This document shows, piece after piece, positions 14,271 through 26,659 of a DNA stretch of 64,000 nucleotides. A model generated the notes under the pieces. It ran no database searches. It was given only the letters and a program-made list of their open reading frames with translations, and was not told where the DNA came from. Location: the NCBI RefSeq assembly GCF_006345805.1, contig NC_043013.1:52266001-52330000 (forward strand). Direction: 5' to 3'. The position numbers and the translations under genes were made by a program. Every line of letters begins with the position of its first letter. Positions within the stretch are counted from its first letter, which is position 1. The DNA comes from Octopus sinensis. Taxonomy: Eukaryota.

Positions 14271-15789
14271 CACTAACTGGGTGAGGCTCAACACGATTAT
14301 CTCAGAAAAAATGTGTACCAAGAGCGGCCATAATTGTCAAACATTTGACTTTATGAATGCGTAACAATACTTCCTGTTTTTGTAAAAGCGGTTTTAAAAG
14401 ATTATTATTATTATTATTTTTAGATTATTTATAAGTATTGTTATAAGCTATACTGAGAAGTAATATTTAACCCCAGGTGTCCTCCAGGAGTTAAAAGTAG
14501 CGGTAACGTCTTATAGAGTTTTCTAACTCGCTAATTTGCTTGTTGCAAGATCAGTGACTGTGTGTCACTTGATTTCTATTTATTGCGAGGTGGAGTGGAC
14601 CCTTGCTATCTCTAGCAAATAAGTATCCACCACCGAGGACGAACGCAAAAGAGGTCGAAACTGTACGAGCGCGTGGTGTCGTGGCTGAAAGATGGCAGAG
14701 GTTCACTCCCCTGTTTGCAATATATATTGGGTGCAGATTGCATCGAATAACCTGCCGAGGTTAAAAATAGCAGTAATGTTGGTTCCTGGCGAATAAACAT
14801 CACTTCTATAAATATTGTCATTTGGTGGTACTTGTGTTTTTTGAAGACGTTGGAGTTGCTTGGCGTGTTCATAGCCATGGTCATTCTCTGACGGGGTTGG
14901 CAAATATTTAAAGAAATGTCCGTGTCGACTACTCATCGTTCAACCAGTCTTTCCAGCCGTGACCATCCGGTTTTCGTTTCTCCCATACATTTCCCCCTCC
15001 ATTTGTTGTGTCTGGAGGAAGGAGTAGTGTCCATAACCTTCGCAGAGTCTCCGATACTGAAGGAAAGACATGAACAAAGGAAGACTCCAGTGGGATATTC
15101 TGGGGAGGAAGGACTGGCGTTAGTAGTTATTGCGGGGCCAGAGTGTTGGAGGCAACTAGTATAACGAGTGAAGGGGCAGGTATTCATCTTGTATTGTCAG
15201 AAATGTTTGAAGACGGTAGGGTAATCTTTGAGGAAGATTTCACTGCTATTTCTTGCAGGTCGAAAGACCATTTATAGGCTTCCGCATTAGCTAGGACAAC
15301 TGTTATTACACGTAGATATATCTGGCTGTCAACTGAGTCCATAAAGATCCCCCCCCCCTGTCACTTTTACTGCAGGTTGAGGGTAGGACAGGCAGGTAGA
15401 GGACAGTTTTTTTTCTTCCGTTTTCGGGCCAAGCCCATACCACTGTTTTCAAGCACCATCTGAAGAGAAATACGAAGAGAAGGAGAGGAAGGGAGCGGAC
15501 GTCGTCATTGGATTTGTGTTTGAAATAAAAGGAAGCGTCAAAAAAATAAAAGTAAACAAGGAATTAAAGAAAAACAAACAAGTAATGAAAAGCAAGAAAT
15601 AATAAAAAAATAAAGAGAAAACTGGCAGCCATTCGTATGATTCCAACAAAAAAAAAACAACCCACAAAACAAAGTCAATAAAACTTTTTAGAGTAATTAA
15701 TAACAGTAGTAGTAGTAGTAGCCGCAGTAGCAGCAACAACAATGGTTAGACTGCACCCCTTGACATAATGATAATAAACACCGCTACCT

Positions 15790-15960
15790 CACCTACCACC
15801 ACCACCACCACCACCACCACCACCACCACCACCACCACCACCACCGTTATCACTATTATCATCAGCACCGTCGCTGTTGCCGCCACCACCACCACCACCA
15901 CCGTCGCTACAGTTATCACTCTCACATCGTCGCACAACCACCACCTCCTCCTCCACCACT
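15790..15960. repeat. (ACC)n microsatellite
   Basis: Direct inspection. Confidence 0.9.
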
Positions 15961-16399
15961 ACCCACTATCGTGGCTAGAGTGTGTGCCGTCCGGGGCGGA
16001 CCTTCCGTTTGTTGCCTCCGAATCCCACAAAAAGACACGTGTTGCCTACAGCAGACCCAAAAGTGGTGCCTCTTTAAAAGTGCCGCTTGGGGTGGACCGC
16101 TCCTACCGCCCACCCACCTAGCTACGCTAGTGGCACTATCAACTTGGGCAGTCGCCCGGGGTGCCAAGGAGGGCGTGACAAAGACAAGGAGATTTCTACG
16201 ACCGTCAGCTTGTACACGCCGAAGTTCAGCTTACCCGGGGTGCCAGCAATCCTAGGGCTGGCCCTGCCAGTGGGATGGGGATGAGGAATAGTAGAACAGA
16301 AAGAAGAATACATCTTGTGTTAAAGTTGCAATTATTCGATAGAAGTTTCGATGGGGTGGCCATGAACGCAAATACTGGACAGTTTTCCAAACAACTGTT

Positions 16400-16660
16400 T
16401 TACTCTCAACAAAATGTAAAAAAAAACAGGAAAAAGCGCAGGTGAGAGACAAAGGAAGTGATTCAAAGACATCTTGAAGGAAAATTTTGCTTAAAGGTGC
16501 ATGGCATCAGCGAATGGGAATCTGAGGTAAATAACTTAAGTGGTGATGGTCACCTAAGACAGCGTCTAACAAGGAAGCAATTGGATAAAGCGGGAACCCC
16601 CATCCCCCGGAATGATGGCGGGGCGGGGATCGGCCCTATGTGAAATCAAGGGTGTTGAAC
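16400..16660 (+). mobile_element. Possible degenerate Penelope-like GIY-YIG endonuclease C-terminus
   Basis: With three small frameshifts reads GE-TK..HLE..H.I.W..RQRL.KEAI(W)IKRE.P..NDGG. Confidence 0.35.
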
Positions 16661-17093
16661 CATGTTTATGTTTGGAGGGTTTCAGCAGATAGTCACGGGG
16701 CCCATATTTTTCTCCTTGAGCTCCACCCCACTCTCACAGGCCCTGAATCGGACACTTCGATACAACACTAATTGAACACCTCAGACAATAAACAGCCGAG
16801 AAACAGCAGCCTGACACCATCAAAACTTCTTCCAATGTCCGGGTTGTAAGCGAACTTGCGGCTAACCCCATTGAGCCTATAAAGTCACATGTGGGTCCAC
16901 TGGAGTTAAATGGGTCAACCATCTTTGACCACGAGGAACAGCAGCCTACACACACACACACTCAACTATTCTCTCCTTCTGTCTGTCTGTCTGTCTCTCT
17001 TTCTGAGTTCAAACCTCACCGAGGCTTACCCAGTCGGCATTAATTCTCCGATATCTTTGCGGCATCGATAAAATACATAACAGTTATATATTG

Positions 17094-17334
17094 TGTTATA
17101 TCTTTATGGATAAACGAATACACCGCAACAGTGTAACAATAAACGGCAGTAACCACGTGGAACGGTACAACAATCATTTAGGAACCAACAATCCAACACG
17201 CCAACTCGAACTGTAAACGTTGAACTATCAACACACGGACTGTGGAACTAGCACGAACTACGTCAGACCGCGACTATTCATATATAGTGGTCCCGTCTAT
17301 TCCTGTCAGTGGGTGTCGTACTCTCGCCACAACA
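17094..17334 (-). mobile_element. Solo LTR, 241 bp
   Basis: TGTT...AACA termini and a perfect 5-bp TSD TATTG (17089-17093, 17335-17339). TATATA and ATAAA in minus orientation. Confidence 0.8.
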
Positions 17335-17409
17335 TATTGGGGGTCGATTCGAATCCCTGTGCTACCTAAAATATTTGTGGTCGTACGGCGGTATTAGAAA
17401 TCAGTAATG

Positions 17410-17444
<35 letters not shown>

Positions 17445-17445
<1 letters not shown>

Positions 17446-17982
17446 CAGTACCAGGCAGTGGCTCTCGTGGCTTCTGGTCTTAACTGATTGGAAGTGTCAT
17501 CATGTACATTATTTTGTCTTGGTATAAAAGATGGGCTACAGCAAATATTCTGCTCAATACCACAGATTTGCTTGTCAGTTGTTTGACCTTAACCAGTTGA
17601 GCATGTCCCTTGGTGGCTGACGATATGTGCATCTCTGATCACGAGCAGAAGTAGTGGGGGAGCATCATAGCCATGTGTTGAGAGGGGTTTGAATAATTGA
17701 CCTCTGGAAACATGGGTGTTTCGTTCATCATCCTTAAACAATTCTTATTCAGGGACCTTTTGAACGGGATGGGCTACTCGACCAGAACAAAATTCTAACT
17801 GGGCCCCCACCTGCAAGGTCATATGCTGTTTATCTTGATATGAGATCACCATGTCCTGAACATATGGTTGTGATACATGTGCCTGGTGTACCCTTATCAG
17901 ACGGGTAGTCAGGATAGGTATACTGGGATTCGTATATTTGTACCCCAGTGTCACTTTGTTGGCATGCACTGCTCTCTCACTC
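17445..17982 (+). mobile_element. Interspersed repeat embedded in (TAA)n, probably a non-LTR 3' end
   Basis: Complex 540-bp sequence with (TAA)n on both sides. Class is inferred, no coding motif recognised. Confidence 0.4.
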
Positions 17983-18174
17983 AATAATAATAATAATATA
18001 ATAATAATAATAATAATAATAAATGGGTATATAAGCCCTCGACAGAATAAAGAAGGCTTTCCTATCCCACGCAAATAAGAAAGCCTTGTTTTTTTCTGTC
18101 GAGGGCTTGTATGCCCCTAAGCATTTTGCCCGGCGTTCTAACGATTCTGCCAGCTCACCGCACCTTCATAACTA

Positions 18175-18310
18175 AAACTAATAATAAATAATAATAATAA
18201 TAAAAATAATAATAATGATAATAATAATAATAGTAATAATAATAGTAATAATAATAATAATGGTAATAATAATAATAATGGTAATAATAATAATAATAAT
18301 GGTAATAATA

Positions 18311-18347
<37 letters not shown>

Positions 18348-18360
18348 TAATAGTAATAGT
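18175..18360. repeat. (TAA)n microsatellite
   Basis: Direct inspection. Confidence 0.9.
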
Positions 18361-18735
18361 ACAACAACTTGGTATTGTTATATCGATTTTGGAACTTGTC
18401 AGAACTTGTTCATAAATTAGTTAAAAAAAGCAGAAAAATTATGTTGTTTGTATCTCCCCCCTCCCACTCACATCTATTCAGTCACATTTGGTCCTTCTCG
18501 TACAGATCCACACACACACACACACACAGTGTGATCTATAATAATTACATATTCAATATAACTAATTATATCTACCCCCGATGTCTCTCCTGCTCCCTTT
18601 CGCCCTCACCCCTCCTTTCTGATCGTTTCGCTTTCTCTACTCTCGTGCGTACAGACAGACGCGCGCACTCACGCATAAGAATACATGCGCAAATTTTAAA
18701 GTGTGTGCGTGTGTGTGTGTCCGCGCAGATATAAC

Positions 18736-18891
18736 TTTACTTGTTTCAGTCACTGAATTGCGGTCATGCTGGGGCACCACCTTGGCGGGTTTTAGTCGAA
18801 AGAATCGAACCCAATACTTATTTTTAAACCCTTGTTCTTATTCTATTAGCTTCTTTGCCGAGTTGCTAGGTGTTAAGTGGTGGTGTGTATT

Positions 18892-18929
<38 letters not shown>

Positions 18930-19071
18930 ACAAGCTTCTTTCAGTTTCCGTCTACCTAATCCACACTCATACGGCTTTGTACGTCCCGGGGCTGTAGCAG
19001 TCCGCGCATGGGACTGATCCCGGAACCATGTGGCTATGAGCAAACTTCTTACTTCACAGCCATGTCTGCGA
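18736..19071 (-). mobile_element. SINE family B copy
   Basis: Reverse complement of family B head and tail, internally deleted. Confidence 0.75.
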
Positions 19072-19098
19072 CTACACGTGTGTATTGTGTGTGTGTTT

Positions 19099-19665
19099 GT
19101 GTAGAAGGTAGAAAAGTAATACACGAGTTGATATGTATAAGGAAAATAAGACAAGGTAGAAAATGCTAATATGATTTTATTATGAAGTACATTTCAGTAC
19201 CGGTTTCCGCCTTTTTAGACTTTTTCAACTGAGAGTAAAATAAGAAAAACAATTAGATTGGAGAAGAAATTAAGTAAGCTGTTTTGTAGATATTTTCATA
19301 GTCTTTGAATAGGTAAATAATTCCATAGTTTTCAGACAGTCTGTCTGTCTGTCTATCTGTCTCTCTCTATTTCTTTGTGAATGCCTGATATGTAGGTAAG
19401 TAGGTAGGTAGTATTACTACTAATAACACTGTATGAAAACTATGGAATTATTTACTTATATAAAGACTATGAAAATATCTACAAAACATTTCACTGAATT
19501 TTTTCTCCAATTTAATTGTTTTTCTTATTTTACTCTCAGTTGAAAAAGTCTAAAAAGGCGGAAACCGGTACTAAAATGTACTTCATGATAAAATTAATTT
19601 AGTATATTCTACCTTCTCTTATTTTTCTTATACATATCAACTCGTGTGTTACTTTTCAACCTTCT

Positions 19666-19670
<5 letters not shown>
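19099..19670. repeat. Long inverted repeat, arms about 240 bp, spacer about 87 bp
   Basis: 19099-19340 is the reverse complement of 19428-19670 with scattered mismatches. Confidence 0.9.
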
Positions 19671-19698
<28 letters not shown>

Positions 19699-20060
19699 GT
19701 CAATTCAAAGAAACAAATAATAACAGACAACAGGAGGACGTGCATAAGAAATGTATTAGGTTAACGCTCGGTGAAAGGAGAGAGTTTGACGTTTCGAGTA
19801 TAGTTCTTCGTCGGAAAGAGAAAGGGAAGGTCCAATAAAGGAAAAGAAATCGCTAACTGCACACACACACACACACATATATATATATGTGTGTGTGTGT
19901 GTGTATTGTGCGCTTCATACAGCATTAAGAGTTTCTAACTCTTGTTTCTTGTAATGTAGGTGCTTCAGCACTCTCAGTCACTATATATAAAAGCCGTAAG
20001 ATTTTGTCCCATATGATTACGTTTCTACCAACTCGTTGCCTTAATAATAATAATATTAAT

Positions 20061-20447
20061 GGATGGAAGCACTCCGTCGGTTACGACGACGAGGGTTCCG
20101 GTTGATCCGAATCAACGGAACAGCCTGCTCGTGAAATTAACGTGTAAGTGGCTGAGCACTCCACAGACACGTGTACCCTTAACGTAGTTCTCGGGGATAT
20201 TCAGCGTGACACAGAGAGTGACAAGGCTGGCCCTTTGAAATACAGGTACAACAGAAACAGGAAGTAAGAGTGAGAGAAAGTTGTGGTGAAAGAGTACAGC
20301 AGGGATCACCACCATCCCCTGCCGGAGCCTCGTGGAGCTTTAGGTGTTTTCGCTCAATAAACACTCACAACGTCCGGTCTGGGAATCGAAAACGCGATCC
20401 TATGCCCGCGAGTCCGCTGCCCTAACCACTGGGCCATTGCGCCTCCA
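20061..20447 (-). mobile_element. SINE family C, full length
   Basis: tRNA-like head GGCGCAATGGCCCAGTGGTTAGGGCAGCGGAC..TTTCGATTCCC; flanked by (TAA)n. Confidence 0.8.
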
Positions 20448-21333
20448 CAATAATAATAATAATAGTAGCTGATTTTTTGTTTACCATAAAGGTTGAGACA
20501 AAGAGAGGACAGACAAAGGGGTCGGGGGATCGAATGAGAGCCCACCGTTTTATTACTACTACTACTACAACAACAATCAAGATGATATCTATACCATAAT
20601 GGTTTCTGTTATACCCCACCTCACGTCTTAAGGACTTTTATATTAATGAAGAGAAATAAATGGAAAAGAATCAACAGGTGTGTCTCTAAATGAGAGATTA
20701 TTATAAATAGCACACCTTGATTGCAGGTAAGAACATGAAGAAAGTTTAGATGGAACTTGTCACGAATGGGCTTCGAAGACCACAACATCTGATTTTATAG
20801 CAGTCTGAGATCGTATAATTAGCAGAGACCAGAAATAAATCCAGTCAAGACGTGGAGGCCATACTTAACATGCAATTAAATAAGCACATTTATTATTTAC
20901 AGTCTGTGAGCAAAGAAAGACACAAAATATTGAAAATATCCTTCTTGCCTGTTTTGACGGTGTATTATTTTTAGTCGCAATAAGGCGGCGAGCTGGCTGA
21001 ATCGACTACGCGCCGGACAAAATGCTTAGAGCCATTCTTCCGGCTTTACCTTCTGAGTTCAACTTTGCCTTCCAACCTTTAGGGTTCGATAAATAAATAC
21101 CCATCCTTCAAAATTGCTAACCTTGTGTCAGAATAAGAAAGGATTACTTTCGTCATATCTGTTTTTGTTTAACCCTAGGTCCACCCCTATAGGATAGATC
21201 CGTGGTGAAAAGCACGATGAACTCAGTTAAATTTCTTCCAACCACTCAAAGTTTTGGCTATTTAAAAAAAAAAATGTAGTTTTGCTTGCTGATGACGAAA
21301 ATGGAATTCATTTATTTCGATAAATTAATAATA

Positions 21334-21720
21334 GGCGCAGGAGTGGCTGTGTGGCAAGTAGCTTTCTTACCAATCACATGGTTCCGGGTTCAGTCCCACT
21401 GCGTGGCACCTTGGGCAAGTGTCTTCTACTATGGCTCGGGCCGACCAAAGCCTTGTGGGTGGATTTGGTAGACGGAAACTGAAAGAAGCCCGTCGTATGT
21501 ATGTATATATGTGTGTGTGTTTGTGTTTATCCCCCCAACATCGCTTGACAACCGATGCTGGTGTGTTTACGTCCCCGTAACTTAGCGGTTCGGCAAAAAA
21601 GACCGATAGAATAAGTACTAGGTTTACAAAGAGTAAGTCCTGTGGTCGATTTGCTCGATTAAATGCGGTGCTCCTGCATGGCCGTAGTCAAATGACTGAA
21701 ACAAGTAAAAGAATAAAGAA
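21334..21720 (+). mobile_element. SINE family B, full length (tRNA head plus CORE-like domain)
   Basis: GTGGCTGTGTGG..GGTTCAGTCCC head, GGCACCTTGGGCAAGTGTCTT (MIR/CORE-like), internal (TG)n, tail GCATGGCCG.AGTCAAATGACTGAAACAAGTAAAAG. Confidence 0.85.
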
Positions 21721-21793
21721 GTTACTAGCATGTTATGGAATTTTAGTCCCCCGAATAACACGATTGGTTACACAGTGGGAATCGAGAGTATTT

Positions 21794-21807
21794 GTTGTCA
21801 TGGCAAC
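21794..21807. promoter_or_regulatory. Candidate RFX X-box
   Basis: GTTGTCATGGCAAC, 13 of 14 identical to the palindromic X-box GTTGCCATGGCAAC; ATTGG at 21763-21767. Confidence 0.4.
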
Positions 21808-22340
21808 TCCAGTGCATCGTCGGCATAGAACGGTGAGCCTCAATGTTGAGTTTGTCAGTTCGCGAAATGGAACTCCACACTCAACAAGTACAAAATGCTT
21901 GGGTCTGTCTCAATCGAGGGAAGAAACGGTGTTGTGGCTGGCATTCATCGTTCTCCAGAGGGTTTGTATCTCTGCGAGTTCATTTGGTGCTGCAAATCCG
22001 AAAGCTTTTGGAACATATAAGCACAAACAATCTCGTTAAGTTCTCGTTTCAGAGAAAAAAAAAAATATTTTCTTTCATTAAATTCTCTCGAAAAAATTTT
22101 TTAATCTTTTCTTTCCATTGAATTATTTTTATTCTTAAAAAAAAACAAAAAACATTCAAGGTTCCGTAATATTTTCATTTCCGTATCGTCTTTCATTTTA
22201 AAAACATACGAGCAAAATTCGTATTTTCTTATCTCATTTCATTCAATTGTTTTTTAAACCTTCAAGGATCCGTCGTGTTTTCATTTTCTTATCGTCTTCG
22301 TATTGTCCATCGACACCTAAGTAAACAACGATTCACTGGA

Positions 22341-22354
22341 GTTGCTATGGCAAT
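22341..22354. promoter_or_regulatory. Second candidate X-box
   Basis: GTTGCTATGGCAAT with ATTGG at 22397-22401; may lie inside a repeat. Confidence 0.25.
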
Positions 22355-22807
22355 AAACAGTCTCAACTCCCATTATGCAGTCAATCGAATAACTTGATTG
22401 GCTAAAATTACATAACTTTAATGGCTTGTAAGCTTTTTTTTTTATCATTAATTATTTCTAGAAGAAACAAAACAACACAAAACATACAAATGAGTGCGAT
22501 TTTCGTCATCAGCAAACAAAAGTGCATTAGCGTTGAAAATTGGAAAACGATTCGGTGAAAATTTGATATCCTTTAGGTGGCTGGAAGAAACTGAACAAGG
22601 TCGCTATCTTGTATATTTTAGTTAGGTTTGATGCACCTCGAAATACCTTTCGAATGCGTCTTTTTTTCCTAATCTTAGGATGATATGGTGCGATTTGAGG
22701 GATGTTTAATTGCTATTTCTTGCAAAAATATCTGCATCCGTTTTACATGCTTTATCATTAGCACGTTTATAGCAACAGAAACGGTTACAGCAACGGTAGC
22801 AGAAGAG

Positions 22808-22839
<32 letters not shown>

Positions 22840-23725
22840 CGGACAGATCTATTGAGATATAGGCATGTCAAACTCTCCCAGACTCCCGCGACCAGGCTGC
22901 TTTGCCCAAGCAGTTTGGGGATCTAGGTCTGCGCAATTGCTCGTCTTTATCTCTTCCTGTTTTCTTTCCTGCATCCACGCTTGTTCCCCTTTGGTAGGCA
23001 ACATCCTCTCCTCTCTTACATGGAAATACCAGAACCTGCGGTTTTCGTCCACAAAAATCCCCTTTAAGATGTATAGTGATAAAAAAAAAAGTATAAGTAT
23101 ACTGCAGAGCTAGGTGAAACAAAATCACTCCAGAAGTGACTGCGAGAGCAACCATATATATTTTGCCTGACGAAAACCGCAGTTTCTGGCGTTTCAGCAT
23201 CACACAGTCCGTTAAGTATGTTGTATCGACATAATTTTTAATTATAGAACTGCTTCTATTGCATAATTCATCTACATATACGTCACCCCATTCGTGTTCT
23301 CTTTTATACTTATGTCACACCTAGAACCAACACCCCAGAGTTGGATCTACGGTTTAAATTGGATTTGCTACTTACATATCTACAATACACCACCAACACT
23401 TGATACCTTCATTGCCGTTTACCTCACTGTGGACCCTATGGTATTGTGCCTAGCCAGTCCTGGCATCCTGCGTGTTGATCTGTTTAGATTCTATTGAATC
23501 CTATAACGAAAATATATACACGCACAGGGTGTCCAGCAATTACCTTTACAATTTGAAAAATTCAGTAAAAACAAAATTAAAGTAAAAATAAGGATAACTC
23601 AACAGGGTTTATTGGAGACAAATGAAGTTTTATTAGAAATATCAGAACACTTCTATGTATGCCCCATTGGTCGTATGCAAGACATCTGGACGATATATTG
23701 TGGAAACTAAAGACAATCTACGAAC

Positions 23726-23761
<36 letters not shown>

Positions 23762-24005
23762 ATAAGAAAATGGAGGAAAAACAACAAATAGTGTGTCTGT
23801 GGTGCTAAAAAGTCATTCATCACAGACACGCTTCTATTTGTTGTTTTTCCATCATTTTTTTTATCGTCTATATATACATTAAACTATGGTTTACCTTTTA
23901 AATTACCTGTTGCTGTATACCTTATACCAAGGACCATACTTACTGAGGTAATTACCTGGAGTGCCTTTGGATATATCTATCCCTTAGAGGGCTTAACACC
24001 TCTAA

Positions 24006-24096
<91 letters not shown>

Positions 24097-24099
24097 ATA

Positions 24100-24345
24100 T
24101 CATCATCATCATCATCGTTTAACGTCCGTTTTCTCTGCTAGCACGGGTTGGACGGTTTGATCGGGGTCTGGGAAGCCAGGAGGCTGCACCAGGCTCCAGT
24201 CTGATCTGGCAGTGTTTCTACAGCTGGATGTCCTTCCTAACGCCAACCACTCCGTGAGTGTAGCGGGTGCTTTTTACGTGTCACCGGCACAGAAGCCAGA
24301 CAAAGCGGCGCTGGCATCAGCCGCGTTCGGATGGTAGTTTTATAG
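24100..24345 (-). mobile_element. Isolated RTE 3' tail
   Basis: CATCATC..GTTTAACGTCCG..CTAACGCCAACCACTCCG, next to (TA)n. Confidence 0.8.
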
Positions 24346-24791
24346 TTTAAATTTACAGGAAAGCAAACAACGAAGACAGGTATAGGAACAACAAGCAGGT
24401 GTATTGGTTTAATGCTCGGGAAGAACGGAAAAGCCTTTTACGTTTCGAGCCTTCGCTCTTCGACAGAAAGGAATAAGAGGAAAAAATGGAGAGAGAATCA
24501 AAAACAAAAAACAAAAGCAAAACAAAAAACCCTCGATATATATATATATATATATATATATAAATTGAGAAATGAAGTCAAACGCAGGTGCTATTCAAAC
24601 CATTTGAATAACACCTGCGTTTGACTCCATTTCTTAATGTGATCCATGTTATACAAAAACATTTCTCTTAATCCTGGAATTTTCACCTTTACAATAAGTA
24701 AGCTGTGATATCCTTGGCACTTATGCGAATTTTTGCTACCCTGATAACTATTTATTTTCGTGCTATTTGTACACATTGAAAATACACATAC

Positions 24792-24825
<34 letters not shown>

Positions 24826-24831
<6 letters not shown>

Positions 24832-25055
24832 CAATATAAGGAATGGCCATATAGGACATTCGACTCACTAGAAAGAGCAGCCAAAACTCATACCGCTAAA
24901 TAGTTGTAATTCTGAAATAGAAAGAGAAATAAAAAGGGGTAAACGTTTTTATTTTTCTTTCTATTTCAGAATTACAACTATTTAGCGGTATGAGTTTTGG
25001 CTGCTCTTTCTAGTGAGTCGAATGTCCTATATGGCCATTCCTTATATTGTTGAAT
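24826..25055. repeat. Near-perfect 230-bp palindrome
   Basis: Arms about 110 bp with one mismatch seen; 10-nt loop GGGGTAAACG. Confidence 0.92.
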
Positions 25056-25140
25056 GTATATTATATAGTCTTTGACTATTTTTTCTTTCTCACTAGACCG
25101 CTGGTAGCAGAGAATTTTTTGCTACCCTTATATTTATTAA

Positions 25141-25207
<67 letters not shown>

Positions 25208-26432
25208 TACTGTTCCGTGATTCTGAGATCAATAAAAAAGTACTCCGTCTGGTGAGAGATAAATTTTATTTAATAAACACAATATATGGTTCTATGTGCT
25301 ACTATTAGTTTCCTATGCTGAGAACATGCCAAACACACACACACACACACACAGACATTGATAAGTATCTAGGTAGATGGATTGAGAGAAAGAGAGCTGT
25401 TGCTGTTGTCATTGACAACCTATAAGATGAACGTTTGTTTTCTACATCAGTCCTGTGGACAAAGTACCAAGGCGGACTATCTGTTCGGCCTCCCTTCCTC
25501 CACTCTCTAAAAGAAAAGGACCCTTACAACTCCCTTGAATTTTCACAGGGCTTCCTCTTCCGTCCCCGTGGTCCCGAAACCAGGCTTATTAGATAGATAT
25601 TCCATTGTATTTGTATTTGTTTATGAAAGTCAAAGAGTGCACATATGCGGTGGTTTCTTAAGTCGCCGACATAATTAAAAAGCATCCCCACAGACCTTTT
25701 TCGTTTCGCACACCAGATCCAATGTATTTGAATATATATAAGTGCAGGTGTGACTTTGAGGCAAGAATTTGCTTTCCCGCCATTCATGTGTGTGTGTGTG
25801 TCAGTGTTTGACTCCCACCACCGCTTGGCAACCGGTGCTAGTGTGTTTACGTCCCCGTAACTTAGAGGTTCGGCAAAAAGATGCCGATAGAATAAGTACC
25901 AAGCTTAAAAAAAAATAAGTACTGCAGTCGATTCGTTCGACTAAAATTCTTCAAGCTGACTGGCCCCGTGCCAATGGTACGTAAAAAACACCCACTCCAC
26001 TCTCGGAGTGGTTGGCGTTAGGAAGGGCATCCAGCTGTAGAAACATTGCCTGTTTCTTGCAACACTTACCAACACATACATCTAAAGCAAAAGGTGCCTT
26101 TAAAATACTATTGTGGGTCTCCAATTTACTATTTTATTGCGTGGGTCCCCTATAATCTTATTTGGACCCTCAGGGGCAATATGAACCCCGGTTTAGAACC
26201 TCTGTGCTAAACGATAAACTTAGGCATGAAGTTGAGGTTAATTCCATTGTTTTTAGAATTTAACATTTTTTCTTGATTTAGTAGATTTTGGTCAGAGCTG
26301 TTGGTATCCCTGTGGGGGTCCCTGGCATTAACTTCTCACTTCTATCTTTAAACAATGATGTATAACATTTGACTTTCGGTGCCAATGGTTTTTATATACG
26401 GTGCCGTATTTTACAATCTTGTAAATAATAAT

Positions 26433-26659
26433 AATGGTATTTTTATATAAGCTTAAAGCTTATGGCAATCACCGTGCAATGACTAAGGAAAATAGTCTAA
26501 TAAAGGGGCATACAAGCCCTCGACAGAAAAAAACAAGGCTTTCTTATTTGCGTGGGATAGGAAAGCCTTCTTTATTCTGTCGAGGGCTTATATACCCATT
26601 TATTATACTATTTTCTTTATTGCACGGTGATCGCCATAAGCTTAAATATAAATGCCATT
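26433..26659. repeat. Imperfect palindrome; inner part recurs at about 18018-18120
   Basis: AAGCCCTCGACAGAA...TTCTGTCGAGGGCTT core in both places. Confidence 0.85.

Noticed and set aside
23025-23200. CTGACGA near a short inverted repeat as a hammerhead
   Set aside because: No GAAA follows the stem in the right position.
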